The notes beneath the pieces were generated by a model. It saw only the letters and a list, made by a program, of their open reading frames with translations, was not told the DNA's origin and ran no database searches. From the sequence record NZ_CP064874.1: a stretch of DNA of 64,000 nt. The stretch is one strand, 5' to 3'. Positions 19,901 to 28,500 of the stretch are shown here, piece by piece; the stretch's first letter is position 1, and every line of letters starts with the position of its first letter. This DNA is from a plasmid. The translations under genes were made by a program, and so were the position numbers.

Positions 19901-20412
19901 TCGTCCCACTGATCGACGAGCACCCCTGGCGAGACGACCATGACATTCGCCGCATCGCCACGGAGCAGGAGTTCCTTGATGAGCAGGCCCGCCATGACCG
20001 TCTTGCCGGCACCCGGATCGTCGGCCAGAACGTAGCGCAGCGGCTGCTTGTGGAGCATGATCTCGTAGACCGCGCGCAGCTGATGCGGCAGCGGCTGCAC
20101 GTCGCTGGTGCCGAGGGCGGCCTGCGGATCGAAGAGGTACGCGAGCTTCATCCGACGCGCCTCAGCGGCCAGGAGGAACGAGTTGGGGTCCGCATCGAAG
20201 CTGAATACTTGGCCGGCCACGACCTCGCGCACCTGCGAGATCGCGTTGGCGAAGACGATCTTCTCGCCAAGCCCGGTGTCGGTACGATATGCCACGTTCG
20301 CCGAGTCGTCAGTGAGGCGCTCGACGGCAACGATCTTCACCGGATCAGGCCCTGCGAGGCCGGTCACGGTCGCGCCAACACGGACGAGATCAAACATCGA
20401 TGAGGTCGTCAC
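16924..20412 (-). CDS. SNF2/DEAD-like helicase with C-terminal DUF3883
   Basis: Contains LADDPGAGKTVMAG (motif I), DEAHK (motif II), and helicase C motifs (…QRFGRVHRIGQ…). The C-terminus …GYDIESDTGRSLDFIEVKGR… is DUF3883-like. It overlaps the MTase start by 4 bp. Confidence 0.85.
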   Translation of the reverse strand: MTTSSMFDLVRVGATVTGLAGPDPVKIVAVERLTDDSANVAYRTDTGLGEKIVFANAISQVREVVAGQVFSFDADPNSFLLAAEARRMKLAYLFDPQAALGTSDVQPLPHQLRAVYEIMLHKQPLRYVLADDPGAGKTVMAGLLIKELLLRGDAANVMVVSPGVLVDQWDEEMREKFDLEFESLTRDKILHEGNPFARGGLWLARLDVLARNSEGILDKAREVDWDLIIFDEAHKMSATVWGNEVKKTKRYQMAEELGKHARNLLMMTATPHSGKEEQFQLFMALLDSDRFEGVAREGSRKVDVSDLMRRLVKEELRTFEGTRLFPERFAFTVKYELSQAEKDLYVAVTDYVRDEMNRADAIEGDNRRRTAVGFALTTLQRRLASSPAAIHRSLERRKARLESELREARMYAAVKSDTPDVPEDWDDLEDLTDEEREALEDQAIAGATTARTPEELETEILVVDRLLVKSSAVKSSPTYAKWDALRDTLDDTDEMRDDTGARRKVIIFTEHKDTLDDLVMRLTQHLGRDDAVITIHGGTKREDRKKAKETFEQNERCVFLIATDAAGEGVNLHKNAHLLINYDLPWNPNRIEQRFGRVHRIGQPNTCFMWSLVADDTREGDVYTRLLEKLEEQRATLGGRVYDVLGQLFQGNALRDLMIAAIREANRPERERYLTEVVDPKIADGIPELLKANQLVPGAMSDTEVDDMRREMERAEAARLQPHHVEAFFHRAFADVGGQLRMRESHRFEIKRVPGEIKERDRITGYGQPVVDEYYRVTFDPKYVRVDGNNRLATLLHPGHPLMSATMSVVSDRYIDALRRGAVLVDRSDLTTQPYVVSLLEHDVTDGRIAQDGQPRVVSRRAQYARIDEDGTITPLTGSPIPNFEVPTDEEVEASQPLLGEPWAQAADLDRRVIREASVTIARQHADEVSRRTIERVDKTERLVRERLTREINYWDRRAFELSEQERAGRKTRLPASQMQERAEALARRLDRRLRELEQERDISVRPPRVTGACLVVTQGWLDAQTDPEGAADRARETTRVERLAVDAVLRVEHALGHDPTEMHHNNPGYDIESDTGRSLDFIEVKGRVVGGRTFVLTRQEAVTALNKADHSVLALVQVAEDDTTTVRYLRHPIDQPIDPRAARVEYDWEPFWNDATEMSQQ

Positions 20413-20486
20413 GACTCTCGTTCACTCCCTCGGTTGGCAAGTTGATCAGGATACGTTGGGCCGGCGACATTGCGGCCGATCGGGGG

Positions 20487-20669
20487 CTAGTCTGTGGCGC
20501 CGGCATCCCCTCGACGCACCCAGTCGTCGACCTCGCTCGCCTGGAACTTCCACAGGCGCCCGACCTTGTGCGCCGGCATCCCCTTGTCGGAGATCCAGGC
20601 ATAAATCGTGTCTTTCGTCACACCCAAGTGCTCAGCGATGTCGTCGGCAGAGAGCCATGGTTCGGACAT
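20487..20669 (-). CDS. small HTH DNA-binding protein (excisionase/AlpA/MerR-like)
   Basis: MSEPWLSADDIAEHLGVTKDTIYAWISDKGMPAHKVGRLWKF…, 60 aa. Confidence 0.6.
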   Translation of the reverse strand: MSEPWLSADDIAEHLGVTKDTIYAWISDKGMPAHKVGRLWKFQASEVDDWVRRGDAGATD

Positions 20670-20717
20670 TCACGCCCCTATGCAGATTGAGCCGGAAGTT
20701 TCCGGGTATGACCGAGC

Positions 20718-21540
20718 CTACCCCGAGCGCTCGGTATCCGAGCCATCGCCATTCGCCCTTGTCGTGCCCTCGCCGCCAATCACCTCGAGAAGCTCCTCGA
20801 GCTGTAGGTGAAGGACGTCGTAGGCCTGCATGTAGAACATGTGATCCATGGCTGACGGCGGTGTGTCGTCGAGGTCCGCGAGTACCTCTCGAGCCTCGCG
20901 GATCGCTGTCTGCAGCCGGGTCTCGATTCCGGGCAGGCTCTGGATCCAGGCGTCGATCACGCTGAACGGGATCGGTGCGAAGCCGTAGGCGTCGACGCCG
21001 ACATGGAACTGGTGGCCGTTGGGGCCGTGGTCGCGGGCATGCGTGTGCCCGTGGAGAAGCGGGATGCCGTCGTCCCAGCGCGGGCGATGCGACGTGTGTC
21101 GATCCTGTTCCTGGCTGTCACCGCCGTACGGGTAGTGCGAGGCAATGATCCTGTACCCGTGGCGCGTCCCTTCGATCACCTCTGGGAGGATCTCCCACCC
21201 CGCCGCTTCGTACATGGGCGTGAATCTCTCGATCGCCCGTTTCGACTGGGTTGCGGGCGAGACGCGATCGTGGTTCCCAGGCACGAGTAGCTTGCGCCCG
21301 TTGAGCCGCGCGGTGAGCCCGATCGATTCCTCGATCGGACCGAGTGCTACGTCACCAAGGTGCAGGACGACGCTGCCTGGTGAGACCGTGTCGTTCCACC
21401 GGCGCACAAGGTCGTCGTTCATCTCGTCGACCGTGGAGTATGGCCGACCGGCCAGCTCGCTGATGCGGGCGTGGCTGAAGTGGGTGTCGGAGGTGACGAA
21501 GTCGACCTGGTCGAAGTCAAACCACGGATATTCACGCATC
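20718..21540 (-). CDS. metallophosphoesterase (calcineurin-like)
   Basis: Contains D-x-H…GDxxD…GNH(D/E) motifs (FVTSDTHFSH, LHLGDVALG, VPGNHDR, HGHTH). The start is taken at MREYPWFDF (21540). Confidence 0.7.
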
Positions 21541-21945
21541 GCCGACTGAAGCTCCGGACTCAGTTTCGTTGAGGCCGAACGCCCGCCGGAGCGTGCGCTC
21601 CGCGTCGCCTGCGGGCTCGGGAGGCAGCTGGGCGATCTCGCTCTGCAGCTGCTCCCGCGCATCTTCGATCAGTCCCCGGTTCTCGTCGCGCCACTCCCGA
21701 ACGCCAGAGTCGCGCAGAAGCCCATGCCCTGCACTGCCGTCGTATCCGAGTAGTAGCTCTGTGCCGAGGGCGGACGCCATGACGCGTGCATCGACGGTGC
21801 GGCTCGCGCGCAGGATGGACAGCGTCGTTGCGGCATCCGCGCCCGACACGTCGACGCGGTAGTTCTGGATGTCGCCGTGCTCGGTTGTCTCGGTGCCGAC
21901 ATGAGTGACGACGATGGTGCGATCGCCGATGATGATCTCGCGCAT
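21532..21945 (-). CDS. hypothetical protein
   Basis: Start taken at MREIIIGDRTIVV (21945). Overlaps the next gene by 9 bp. Confidence 0.4.
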   Translation of the reverse strand: MREIIIGDRTIVVTHVGTETTEHGDIQNYRVDVSGADAATTLSILRASRTVDARVMASALGTELLLGYDGSAGHGLLRDSGVREWRDENRGLIEDAREQLQSEIAQLPPEPAGDAERTLRRAFGLNETESGASVGDA

Positions 21946-21976
21946 GCGACCTCCTGACATCGAGCCGGCCAAGCTA

Positions 21977-22359
21977 TCAGCAGTTGACGCCGGCGCGGCC
22001 GTGGATACGCCCTGGCCGAACGACGTCGTCGTGTCCCGGAATGTAGGCAATCGCGCCGAGTCGGGACCAGTAGCTGATCAGCCAACGGTGCAAGAGATCG
22101 GTCTGCTCGCGGCGTTCGAGCAAGGTGCGGTCCGGGTCTTCGATGATGTCGTCCCAATCGGGGCTCGAGAACACGGCATCGATCAGCTCGGCGCACGATG
22201 GGCCGGTACCGTGTCGATCCCACCACGCGAGAGTCAGTCGCCCTGCTTGGGTTGCGTTCGTGGAGCCCCCGGGTTCTTCGATGGTCCCGATGAGTGCGCT
22301 GAGGTAGGGATCTTCGGCGGCCAGGACGAAGGAATCTTGGTTCAGTTCCGCCGCGCTCA
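21977..22359 (-). CDS. hypothetical protein
   Basis: Starts MSAAELNQDSFVLAAEDPYLSAL. IS copy A sits 25 bp upstream of this start. Confidence 0.4.
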
Positions 22360-22432
22360 TACAGTGCAGAATGCCATACGGATTAGGGCGTGTCTGACAA
22401 AGGTTGAGGGGATCGGTTGAGACGCTGGAGCG

Positions 22433-22828
22433 GTGACGCGGTTTCGGTTGCTTACGGATGCTCAGTGGTCTCTGATCGATGGGATGTTGCCGAGGCCGAC
22501 GGGTCGCCCGGGTCGGAAGTTCTCGGACGCGCGGACGATGCTGGAAGGGATCATTTACCGGTATCGGTGCGGGATCGCGTGGCGCGATCTTCCTGCAGTG
22601 TTCGGCCCGTGGCAGACCGTGTGGACCTGGCATCGCAGGCTCGCGACCGAAGGCACCTGGGACTCGATCGTGCAGTCGCTGATCGCGCAGGCCGACGCCG
22701 AGGGGCTGGTGGACTGGTCGGTATCGGTGGATTCGACGATCACGCGGGCGCATCAGCACGCGACGAACACGAGTCGCCCCACAGGGGGCTGTATCGAATT
22801 ACACGAATCCGGGCGTCGAGCCGCCTGA
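22433..22828 (+). CDS. IS427-group transposase OrfA
   Basis: MTRFRLLTDAQWSLIDGMLPRPTGRPGRKFSDARTMLEGIIYRYRCGIAWRDLP… (DUF4096-type). Confidence 0.8.
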   Translation: MTRFRLLTDAQWSLIDGMLPRPTGRPGRKFSDARTMLEGIIYRYRCGIAWRDLPAVFGPWQTVWTWHRRLATEGTWDSIVQSLIAQADAEGLVDWSVSVDSTITRAHQHATNTSRPTGGCIELHESGRRAA

Positions 22829-22910
22829 TCATGCTATCGGCCGCTCCCGGGGCGGCCTGTCGACGAAGATCCACCAGCTCGTTGACGGGAAGGGGCTGCC
22901 GCTGGTCACG

Positions 22911-23327
22911 GTGATCACCCCCGGACAGGCCGGTGATTCGCCGATGCTGCTGCCCTTGCTGGATCAGCTTCGCGTGGGTCGCCCCGTCGGTCGCCCTCGC
23001 ACCCGCCCGGACGCGGTCCGGGGCGACAAGGCGTACTCGTCCCGCGCGATCCGGTCACGCTTGCGGGGGCGTGGGATCAAAGCCGTGATCCCCGAGCCCC
23101 GCGACCAGCAGGGGCACCGGAAGCGTCGCGGTTCACGAGGCGGAAGGCCTGTCGGGCTCGACACCGACGACTACAAGAACCGCAACGTGATCGAACGCCG
23201 GTTCTGCCACGCCAAGCAATGGCGAGGCCTCGCGACCCGCTACGACAAACACGCGATCACCTACCGCGCCGCCGTCCTCATCCACGCCGCCATCGCCTGG
23301 ACCAGAACGCTGTCAGACGCACCCTAG
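22911..23327 (+). CDS. IS427-group transposase OrfB (DDE; probably expressed as OrfAB by frameshifting)
   Basis: …VRGDKAYSSRAIRSRLRGRGIKAVIPEP…NRNVIERRFCHAKQWRGLATRYDK…. Confidence 0.75.
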   Translation: MITPGQAGDSPMLLPLLDQLRVGRPVGRPRTRPDAVRGDKAYSSRAIRSRLRGRGIKAVIPEPRDQQGHRKRRGSRGGRPVGLDTDDYKNRNVIERRFCHAKQWRGLATRYDKHAITYRAAVLIHAAIAWTRTLSDAP

Positions 23328-23439
23328 CCGGCTGGCCCTGAGTCCGATGAGACGTCGCACAACCGAAGGGATACGAGGCGGTCGCCCTGTCATGGTTCAC
23401 TCGGCGGCGCGCCGGGCGCCGCCTGGCGGAGCCGCCCTC

Positions 23440-25995
23440 TCAGCGGACGGGTTCGTCGGCGTGCCGGACGTCGTCCGACGACGCATCCCCGGCTTCCGTC
23501 GCCGCCCCGTGGATCGGATGGCTTCGCTCGAGCGCGGCGCCCTCGACGTCGACGTTCGGGAGGATCCGATCGAGCCAGCGCGGCAGCCACCACGCCTTCT
23601 CGCCGAGCAGGTGCATGAGCGCGGGGATCAGCAACAGCCGCACCACGAACGCATCGAACAGCACGCCGATCGCGAGGCCGAAGCCGAGCGGTCGCACGAG
23701 CGCCAGGTGCGAGAAGATGAACCCGCCGAACACCGACACCATGATGATGGCCGCCGCGGTGACCACCGCTCGCCCGTTCCGTAGCCCGGCGACAACCGCC
23801 GTCCGGGCCGGCACCCCGTGCACGAACGCCTCTCGCATTCCGGTCACCAGGAAGAGCTGGTAATCCATCGCGAGACCGAACAGCACGCCGATGAGGATGA
23901 TCGGTGCGAAGTTCAGCACCGGTCCGGGGGTGTGGACGCCGAACACCGGCCCGAGCCATCCCCACTGGTAGATCGCCACCACGGCTCCGAGTGCGGCGAA
24001 CAGCGACAGCACGAACCCGGCTGTCGCGATCAGCGGCACGAGGATCGAGCGGAACACCAGCACGAGGATGAGCAGCGACAGCCCCACGACCAGCGCGAGG
24101 TACACCGGCAGCACGCCGGCGAGTTTCTCGGAGATGTCGATGTTGCCGCTGGCCTGGCCTGCCACCCCGAGCTCGATGTCTCCGATCGGCGAGAGCTCGC
24201 GCAGGTCGTGCACGAGCTGCTCGGTCGATTCGGTGGACGGTCCGCCGATCGGCACGACCTGGAAGGCGAGGAAGTCGCGGTCCTCGGACACTCCGACCGG
24301 CGCGACCGCGACCACGCCGCCCTGCTCGAGCAGCTGACCGGCTAGGTCGGCCTGTACCGCGACGACGTCGTCCTCATCGATCGGGGCCGGCAGCGCGGCG
24401 GTGACGAGCAGCGGTCCGTTCTGGCCGGCTCCGAATGCCTCGGCCGCGGACGTGTAGGCCCGGTACTGGCTGGAGTCGACGGGCTCGGATGACCCGTCGG
24501 GCATGCCGAGCCGCATGGAGAGCGCCGGGATCGCGATGATGAGCAGCGCGCCGACGGCGAGTGCGGCGCGCGCGAACGCACGCGAGGTCTTCATGGGCTT
24601 CAGCTCGGGGCGAGCGTGCGATTCGTGGCCGATCTGGCCGCGAGCCCGCCGATTGACGATCCGGAGGCCGATGATCCCGAGCATCGCAGGCGTCAGGGTC
24701 ACCGACAGGAGTACCGCGACCAGCACGCATCCGGCCGCGACCGTTCCCATGACGCCGACGAAGGGGATGCCGGTCACGTTCAGGGCGAGCAGTGCGACGA
24801 GCACCGTCGAGCCTGCGAAGACCACGGCGTTGCCCGACGTGCCGTTCGCGAGGGCGATGGATTCGTGCACGTCGACACCGGCGAGCACTTGCCGTCGATG
24901 GCGGTTGATGATGAACAGCGCGTAGTCGATGCCCACGGCCAGTCCGAGCATCATGCCGAGCACGGGGGTGGCCGACGACATGTCCACGACGCCCGAGAAG
25001 GCCAGCGACCCGGCGACGCCGACGCCGACGCCGACGAGTGATGAGACGATCGGCAGCAGCGCCGGCAGCAGCGCGCGGAACATGATGACGAGCGTGAGCA
25101 GCGCGAGCGCGACGCCGACGATCTCGCCGATGCCGATGAGTCCCTCGACCGCGGTGGCGATCGTCGCCGAGTAGTAGTCGACCTGCACCCCGTCGATTTC
25201 GGCCTGGTCGAGTTCGTCCGAGACCGCTTCCACGACCTCGGACGGGACGGAGAACACGTCGTCCTCGAACATCACCACGCCGATCGCAGTGGCACCGTCC
25301 TCGGACACGGTTCGGATCTCCGAGGCGGCATCCATGAGCACCCGCGCGTCATCGAGCTGAGCGCGCTGCTCGGCGAGTTCGCCGGCACCGGCGTCCAGCT
25401 CGCCGCGGCGATCCTCGAGCTGAGCGGCACCGGCATCGAGCTCGGCCTGCTGCGCGGCGAACTGCGCCGCTGCGAGCGCGTACGTCCCCGCGGACTTCGC
25501 TTCAGCGATGGCCGCGTCGAGTTGCGCCTGAGCGGCCTCGAGCTGGGTTCGCGCAGCCTCGATCTGAGTGGAGCCCTCGTCGAGCTGGCGCTGCGCTTCG
25601 TCGAGCTGGGCCGCGCCGGCTTCGAGCTGCTGCTCCTGTTCGGCGCGATCGGACGTCGCGACGAAGGGGTCGACCACATCGGCCACGCCGTCGATTCCGT
25701 CGATCTCGGCCAACATCGCGGAGATATCCCCCTGCTGGGCCTCGGTGAAGTCGGATCCGTCCTCCGTCCGGAACACGATGGTGCCGGTTCCGCCCCCGAG
25801 TTCCCCCAGTTCTTCGGTGAGCCGCTCGGTGACGCGCTCGGTCTCGGTGCCCGGGATGCTCATGCTCGACGTCAGCGTGCCGCCGAAGGAGACGAAGGCT
25901 CCGACAGCCAGGGCGAGTGCGGCGATCCAACCGGCGACCACGGCCCACGGTCGGCGCGCGGCGAATCGTCCGACACGGTAGAGGAGTTCTGCCAC
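23440..25995 (-). CDS. MMPL-family RND-type membrane transporter
   Basis: 851 aa with 12 predicted TM regions in two blocks. A coiled-coil-rich periplasmic insert is present. Typical MMPL segments are LGMMLGLAVGIDYALFIINRHRRQ and LFGLAMDYQLFLVTGMRE. Confidence 0.85.
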   Translation of the reverse strand: MAELLYRVGRFAARRPWAVVAGWIAALALAVGAFVSFGGTLTSSMSIPGTETERVTERLTEELGELGGGTGTIVFRTEDGSDFTEAQQGDISAMLAEIDGIDGVADVVDPFVATSDRAEQEQQLEAGAAQLDEAQRQLDEGSTQIEAARTQLEAAQAQLDAAIAEAKSAGTYALAAAQFAAQQAELDAGAAQLEDRRGELDAGAGELAEQRAQLDDARVLMDAASEIRTVSEDGATAIGVVMFEDDVFSVPSEVVEAVSDELDQAEIDGVQVDYYSATIATAVEGLIGIGEIVGVALALLTLVIMFRALLPALLPIVSSLVGVGVGVAGSLAFSGVVDMSSATPVLGMMLGLAVGIDYALFIINRHRRQVLAGVDVHESIALANGTSGNAVVFAGSTVLVALLALNVTGIPFVGVMGTVAAGCVLVAVLLSVTLTPAMLGIIGLRIVNRRARGQIGHESHARPELKPMKTSRAFARAALAVGALLIIAIPALSMRLGMPDGSSEPVDSSQYRAYTSAAEAFGAGQNGPLLVTAALPAPIDEDDVVAVQADLAGQLLEQGGVVAVAPVGVSEDRDFLAFQVVPIGGPSTESTEQLVHDLRELSPIGDIELGVAGQASGNIDISEKLAGVLPVYLALVVGLSLLILVLVFRSILVPLIATAGFVLSLFAALGAVVAIYQWGWLGPVFGVHTPGPVLNFAPIILIGVLFGLAMDYQLFLVTGMREAFVHGVPARTAVVAGLRNGRAVVTAAAIIMVSVFGGFIFSHLALVRPLGFGLAIGVLFDAFVVRLLLIPALMHLLGEKAWWLPRWLDRILPNVDVEGAALERSHPIHGAATEAGDASSDDVRHADEPVR

Positions 25996-26129
25996 GCGAG
26001 AGGCCTTTCATGAGGAGACGAGACGAGGGCGCACCTACGAGCCACCACCGAGGATAGCCGACATTTGTCGGAAATCGGAGCGGCTGGGTTCTGCGTGGCG
26101 TCTCCCCATCCCGCTGGCACAATCGACGC

Positions 26130-26696
26130 ATGGATGCCCGCGTCGTCCGCACCCGACGGTCCCTGCAGGAGTCGCTGTTCGCCTTGGCTCGCGAGCGGCC
26201 GCTCGAGGAACTCACCGTCGCCGACATCGTGCAGCGGGCAGGAGTGAATCGGAGCAGCTTCTATCAGCATTACGCCGACAAGGACACCCTTCTCGCCGAT
26301 GCCATCGACACGGCGGTCGAGCAGGCAGGGACCTTCCTGCCTGAAACGATCACCGCACCGGACGGCCCGCAACGCGCGCTCCTCGCCTACCTGCGACACA
26401 TCGACGAGCATGTGGCGGTCTATCAGCGCGTGCTCGGACGCCACGGCTCGGCCGCGGTGGCGTTCAGGTTGCGTGATCGCATCGAGGCCGTTGCCCGCGA
26501 GGGCCTCGGGCGAATGGGCACGCACGCATTCGAAGGGATCCCCCTCGACGTCGTCAGTGCCGGCATCGCCGGCTCAGCACTCGGCGTCATCGAGGCGTGG
26601 CTCGCGCGCGACCCCCGACCGCGAGTCGAGACCGCTGCGGACTGGGTATGGCGTGTGCTCGTCGGCGTCGGCGATGCAATGGAGGAGGGGCGCTGA
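26130..26696 (+). CDS. TetR/AcrR-family transcriptional regulator
   Basis: N-terminal HTH …LTVADIVQRAGVNRSSFYQHYADKDTLL…. Diverges from the MMPL gene. Confidence 0.85.
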   Translation: MDARVVRTRRSLQESLFALARERPLEELTVADIVQRAGVNRSSFYQHYADKDTLLADAIDTAVEQAGTFLPETITAPDGPQRALLAYLRHIDEHVAVYQRVLGRHGSAAVAFRLRDRIEAVAREGLGRMGTHAFEGIPLDVVSAGIAGSALGVIEAWLARDPRPRVETAADWVWRVLVGVGDAMEEGR

Positions 26697-26719
26697 CGGT
26701 ACGCCCCGTCCACAGCCGG

Positions 26720-27136
26720 CTAGGGTGCGTCTGACAGCGTTCTGGTCCAGGCGATGGCGGCGTGGATGAGGACGGCGGCGCGGTAGGTGATCGCGTGTTT
26801 GTCGTAGCGGGTCGCGAGGCCTCGCCATTGCTTGGCGTGGCAGAACCGGCGTTCGATCACGTTGCGGTTCTTGTAGTCGTCGGTGTCGAGCCCGACAGGC
26901 CTTCCGCCTCGTGAACCGCGACGCTTCCGGTGCCCCTGCTGGTCGCGGGGCTCGGGGATCACGGCTTTGATCCCACGCCCCCGCAAGCGTGACCGGATCG
27001 CGCGGGACGAGTACGCCTTGTCGCCCCGGACCGCGTCCGGGCGGGTGCGAGGGCGACCGACGGGGCGACCCACGCGAAGCTGATCCAGCAAGGGCAGCAG
27101 CATCGGCGAATCACCGGCCTGTCCGGGGGTGATCAC
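26720..27136 (-). CDS. IS427-group transposase OrfB (copy B)
   Basis: Identical 138-aa product to 22911..23327. Confidence 0.75.
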   Translation of the reverse strand: MITPGQAGDSPMLLPLLDQLRVGRPVGRPRTRPDAVRGDKAYSSRAIRSRLRGRGIKAVIPEPRDQQGHRKRRGSRGGRPVGLDTDDYKNRNVIERRFCHAKQWRGLATRYDKHAITYRAAVLIHAAIAWTRTLSDAP

Positions 27137-27664
27137 CGTGACCAGCGGCAGCCCCTTCCCGTCAACGAGCTGGTGGATCTTCGTCGACAGGCCGCCCCGG
27201 GAGCGGCCGATAGCATGATCAGGCGGCTCGACGCCCGGATTCGTGTAATTCGATACAGCCCCCTGTGGGGCGACTCGTGTTCGTCGCGTGCTGATGCGCC
27301 CGCGTGATCGTCGAATCCACCGATACCGACCAGTCCACCAGCCCCTCGGCGTCGGCCTGCGCGATCAGCGACTGCACGATCGAGTCCCAGGTGCCTTCGG
27401 TCGCGAGCCTGCGATGCCAGGTCCACACGGTCTGCCACGGGCCGAACACTGCAGGAAGATCGCGCCACGCGATCCCGCACCGATACCGGTAAATGATCCC
27501 TTCCAGCATCGTCCGCGCGTCCGAGAACTTCCGACCCGGGCGACCCGTCGGCCTCGGCAACATCCCATCGATCAGAGACCACTGAGCATCCGTAAGCAAC
27601 CGAAACCGCGTCACCGCTCCAGCGTCTCAACCGATCCCCTCAACCTTTGTCAGACACGCCCTAG
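26721..27664 (-). mobile_element. IS427-group insertion sequence, copy B (identical to copy A, inverted)
   Basis: Encodes the same OrfA and OrfB proteins (27219..27614 and 26720..27136, minus strand). It has the same termini as copy A. Confidence 0.85.
27219..27614 (-). CDS. IS427-group transposase OrfA (copy B)
   Basis: Identical 131-aa product to 22433..22828. Confidence 0.8.
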   Translation of the reverse strand: MTRFRLLTDAQWSLIDGMLPRPTGRPGRKFSDARTMLEGIIYRYRCGIAWRDLPAVFGPWQTVWTWHRRLATEGTWDSIVQSLIAQADAEGLVDWSVSVDSTITRAHQHATNTSRPTGGCIELHESGRRAA

Positions 27665-27709
27665 GCCTCATGCGGTAGTGGGTGGTGCCTCGACTCTCCG
27701 GTGTTGGAA

Positions 27710-28021
27710 TCAGCGGATCGTGAGATCAGGAGTATCGGCTGGCAGGAGGTCGCCAATCTCCACGTCGAGCACCTGCGCCACGGCCAACAGCGTCCTGACT
27801 GACGGGTTCGCGGGAGTGCCTGGCCGAGACTCGCCCTTCTCGAGCTTCTGATACGTGTAGCGACTGAGGTTCGCCTCGTACGCGACACGATCTTGGCTGT
27901 AGCCGACGCGCGCCCGCTCGCGCTGAATGTTCTGACCAAGCTCGCGGGCGTATTGTTCCCAGGCGGTCGGTGGAGTCGCGTGGGAGGGCACGCACCCAGG
28001 CTTCCGATTAGGCCTTCGCAA
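27710..28021 (-). CDS. XRE-family HTH transcriptional regulator
   Basis: …LGQNIQRERARVGYSQDRVAYEANLSRYTYQKLEKGESRP…TLLAVAQVLDVEIGDLL. The start may be internal. Confidence 0.55.
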   Translation of the reverse strand: MRRPNRKPGCVPSHATPPTAWEQYARELGQNIQRERARVGYSQDRVAYEANLSRYTYQKLEKGESRPGTPANPSVRTLLAVAQVLDVEIGDLLPADTPDLTIR

Positions 28022-28080
28022 GTAGGCCTAATCGGTATGGCAATCTCGGCCTGCAGCGGGAGTCCCGGCGCGTGAAGCGA

Positions 28081-28500
28081 TCAGCTGCCGCGAGGCGTGG
28101 GTGTGGGGGAACGCTTCATCGGAGTGACGTTGCGCGTTGGGTCTTCACCGCGGAGCAGCTGATTCTCGACGTGCAGCTCGGCCACCGCGGTCGCTGCGAT
28201 CGTGAGTTGCGCCTCGAGTTCGCGAATTCGCGCGCGGAGGCCCGCGATCTGTGTCCCACGGTCCGCGAGTGATCGGTTGAGCGCTTCGAGTTCACGATCG
28301 CGCGGCTGGGTTCCGCCTGCCCGCAATGCCCACTCTTCGAGCACGGACTTCGCGCGGTTCATCGTCGCGCGGCTGACACCGGCTTCGCGGTAGAGGTTCT
28401 CCTTGATGAGACGGCCGTCGGTGCGCACTGCTGTGCCAGCGAAGAGCCGCTCCATCGCATCGCGGAGCTTGCGTTCCGACGTGCTGATGGGTTCAGGCAT
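28081..28500 (-). CDS. hypothetical coiled-coil protein, fourth gene of the recombinase-trio operon
   Basis: Start MPEPISTSERKLRDAMERLF at 28500 overlaps the 701-aa recombinase stop by 8 bp. Contains a coiled-coil LRARIRELEAQLTIAATAVAELHVENQLL. Confidence 0.5.
   Translation of the reverse strand: MPEPISTSERKLRDAMERLFAGTAVRTDGRLIKENLYREAGVSRATMNRAKSVLEEWALRAGGTQPRDRELEALNRSLADRGTQIAGLRARIRELEAQLTIAATAVAELHVENQLLRGEDPTRNVTPMKRSPTPTPRGS

Larger units (their letters stand above)
22384..23327 (+). mobile_element. IS5-family (IS427-group) insertion sequence, copy A, 944 bp
   Basis: Terminal repeats TAGGGCGTGTCTGACAAAGG and CTGTCAGACGCACCCTA. The element contains orfA and orfB. Confidence 0.85.
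22384..27664. mobile_element. composite-transposon-like unit: two inverted IS427-group copies flanking an MMPL transporter and a TetR regulator
   Basis: Identical IS copies in inverted orientation bracket 3.39 kb. Both orfB ends face inward and both inner junctions read CCGGCTG. Confidence 0.55.

Noticed and set aside
8288-20412. BREX or DISARM assignment for the defence operon
   Set aside because: There is no PglZ or BrxC/PglY (BREX) and no DrmA, DrmB or PLD DrmC (DISARM). The DUF499/DUF1156/SNF2-DUF3883 composition is a distinct module.
21977-22759. 260-aa minus-strand ORF running through IS copy A
   Set aside because: The part 22384..22759 is antisense to IS orfA. Only 21977..22359, starting MSAAELN, was kept.
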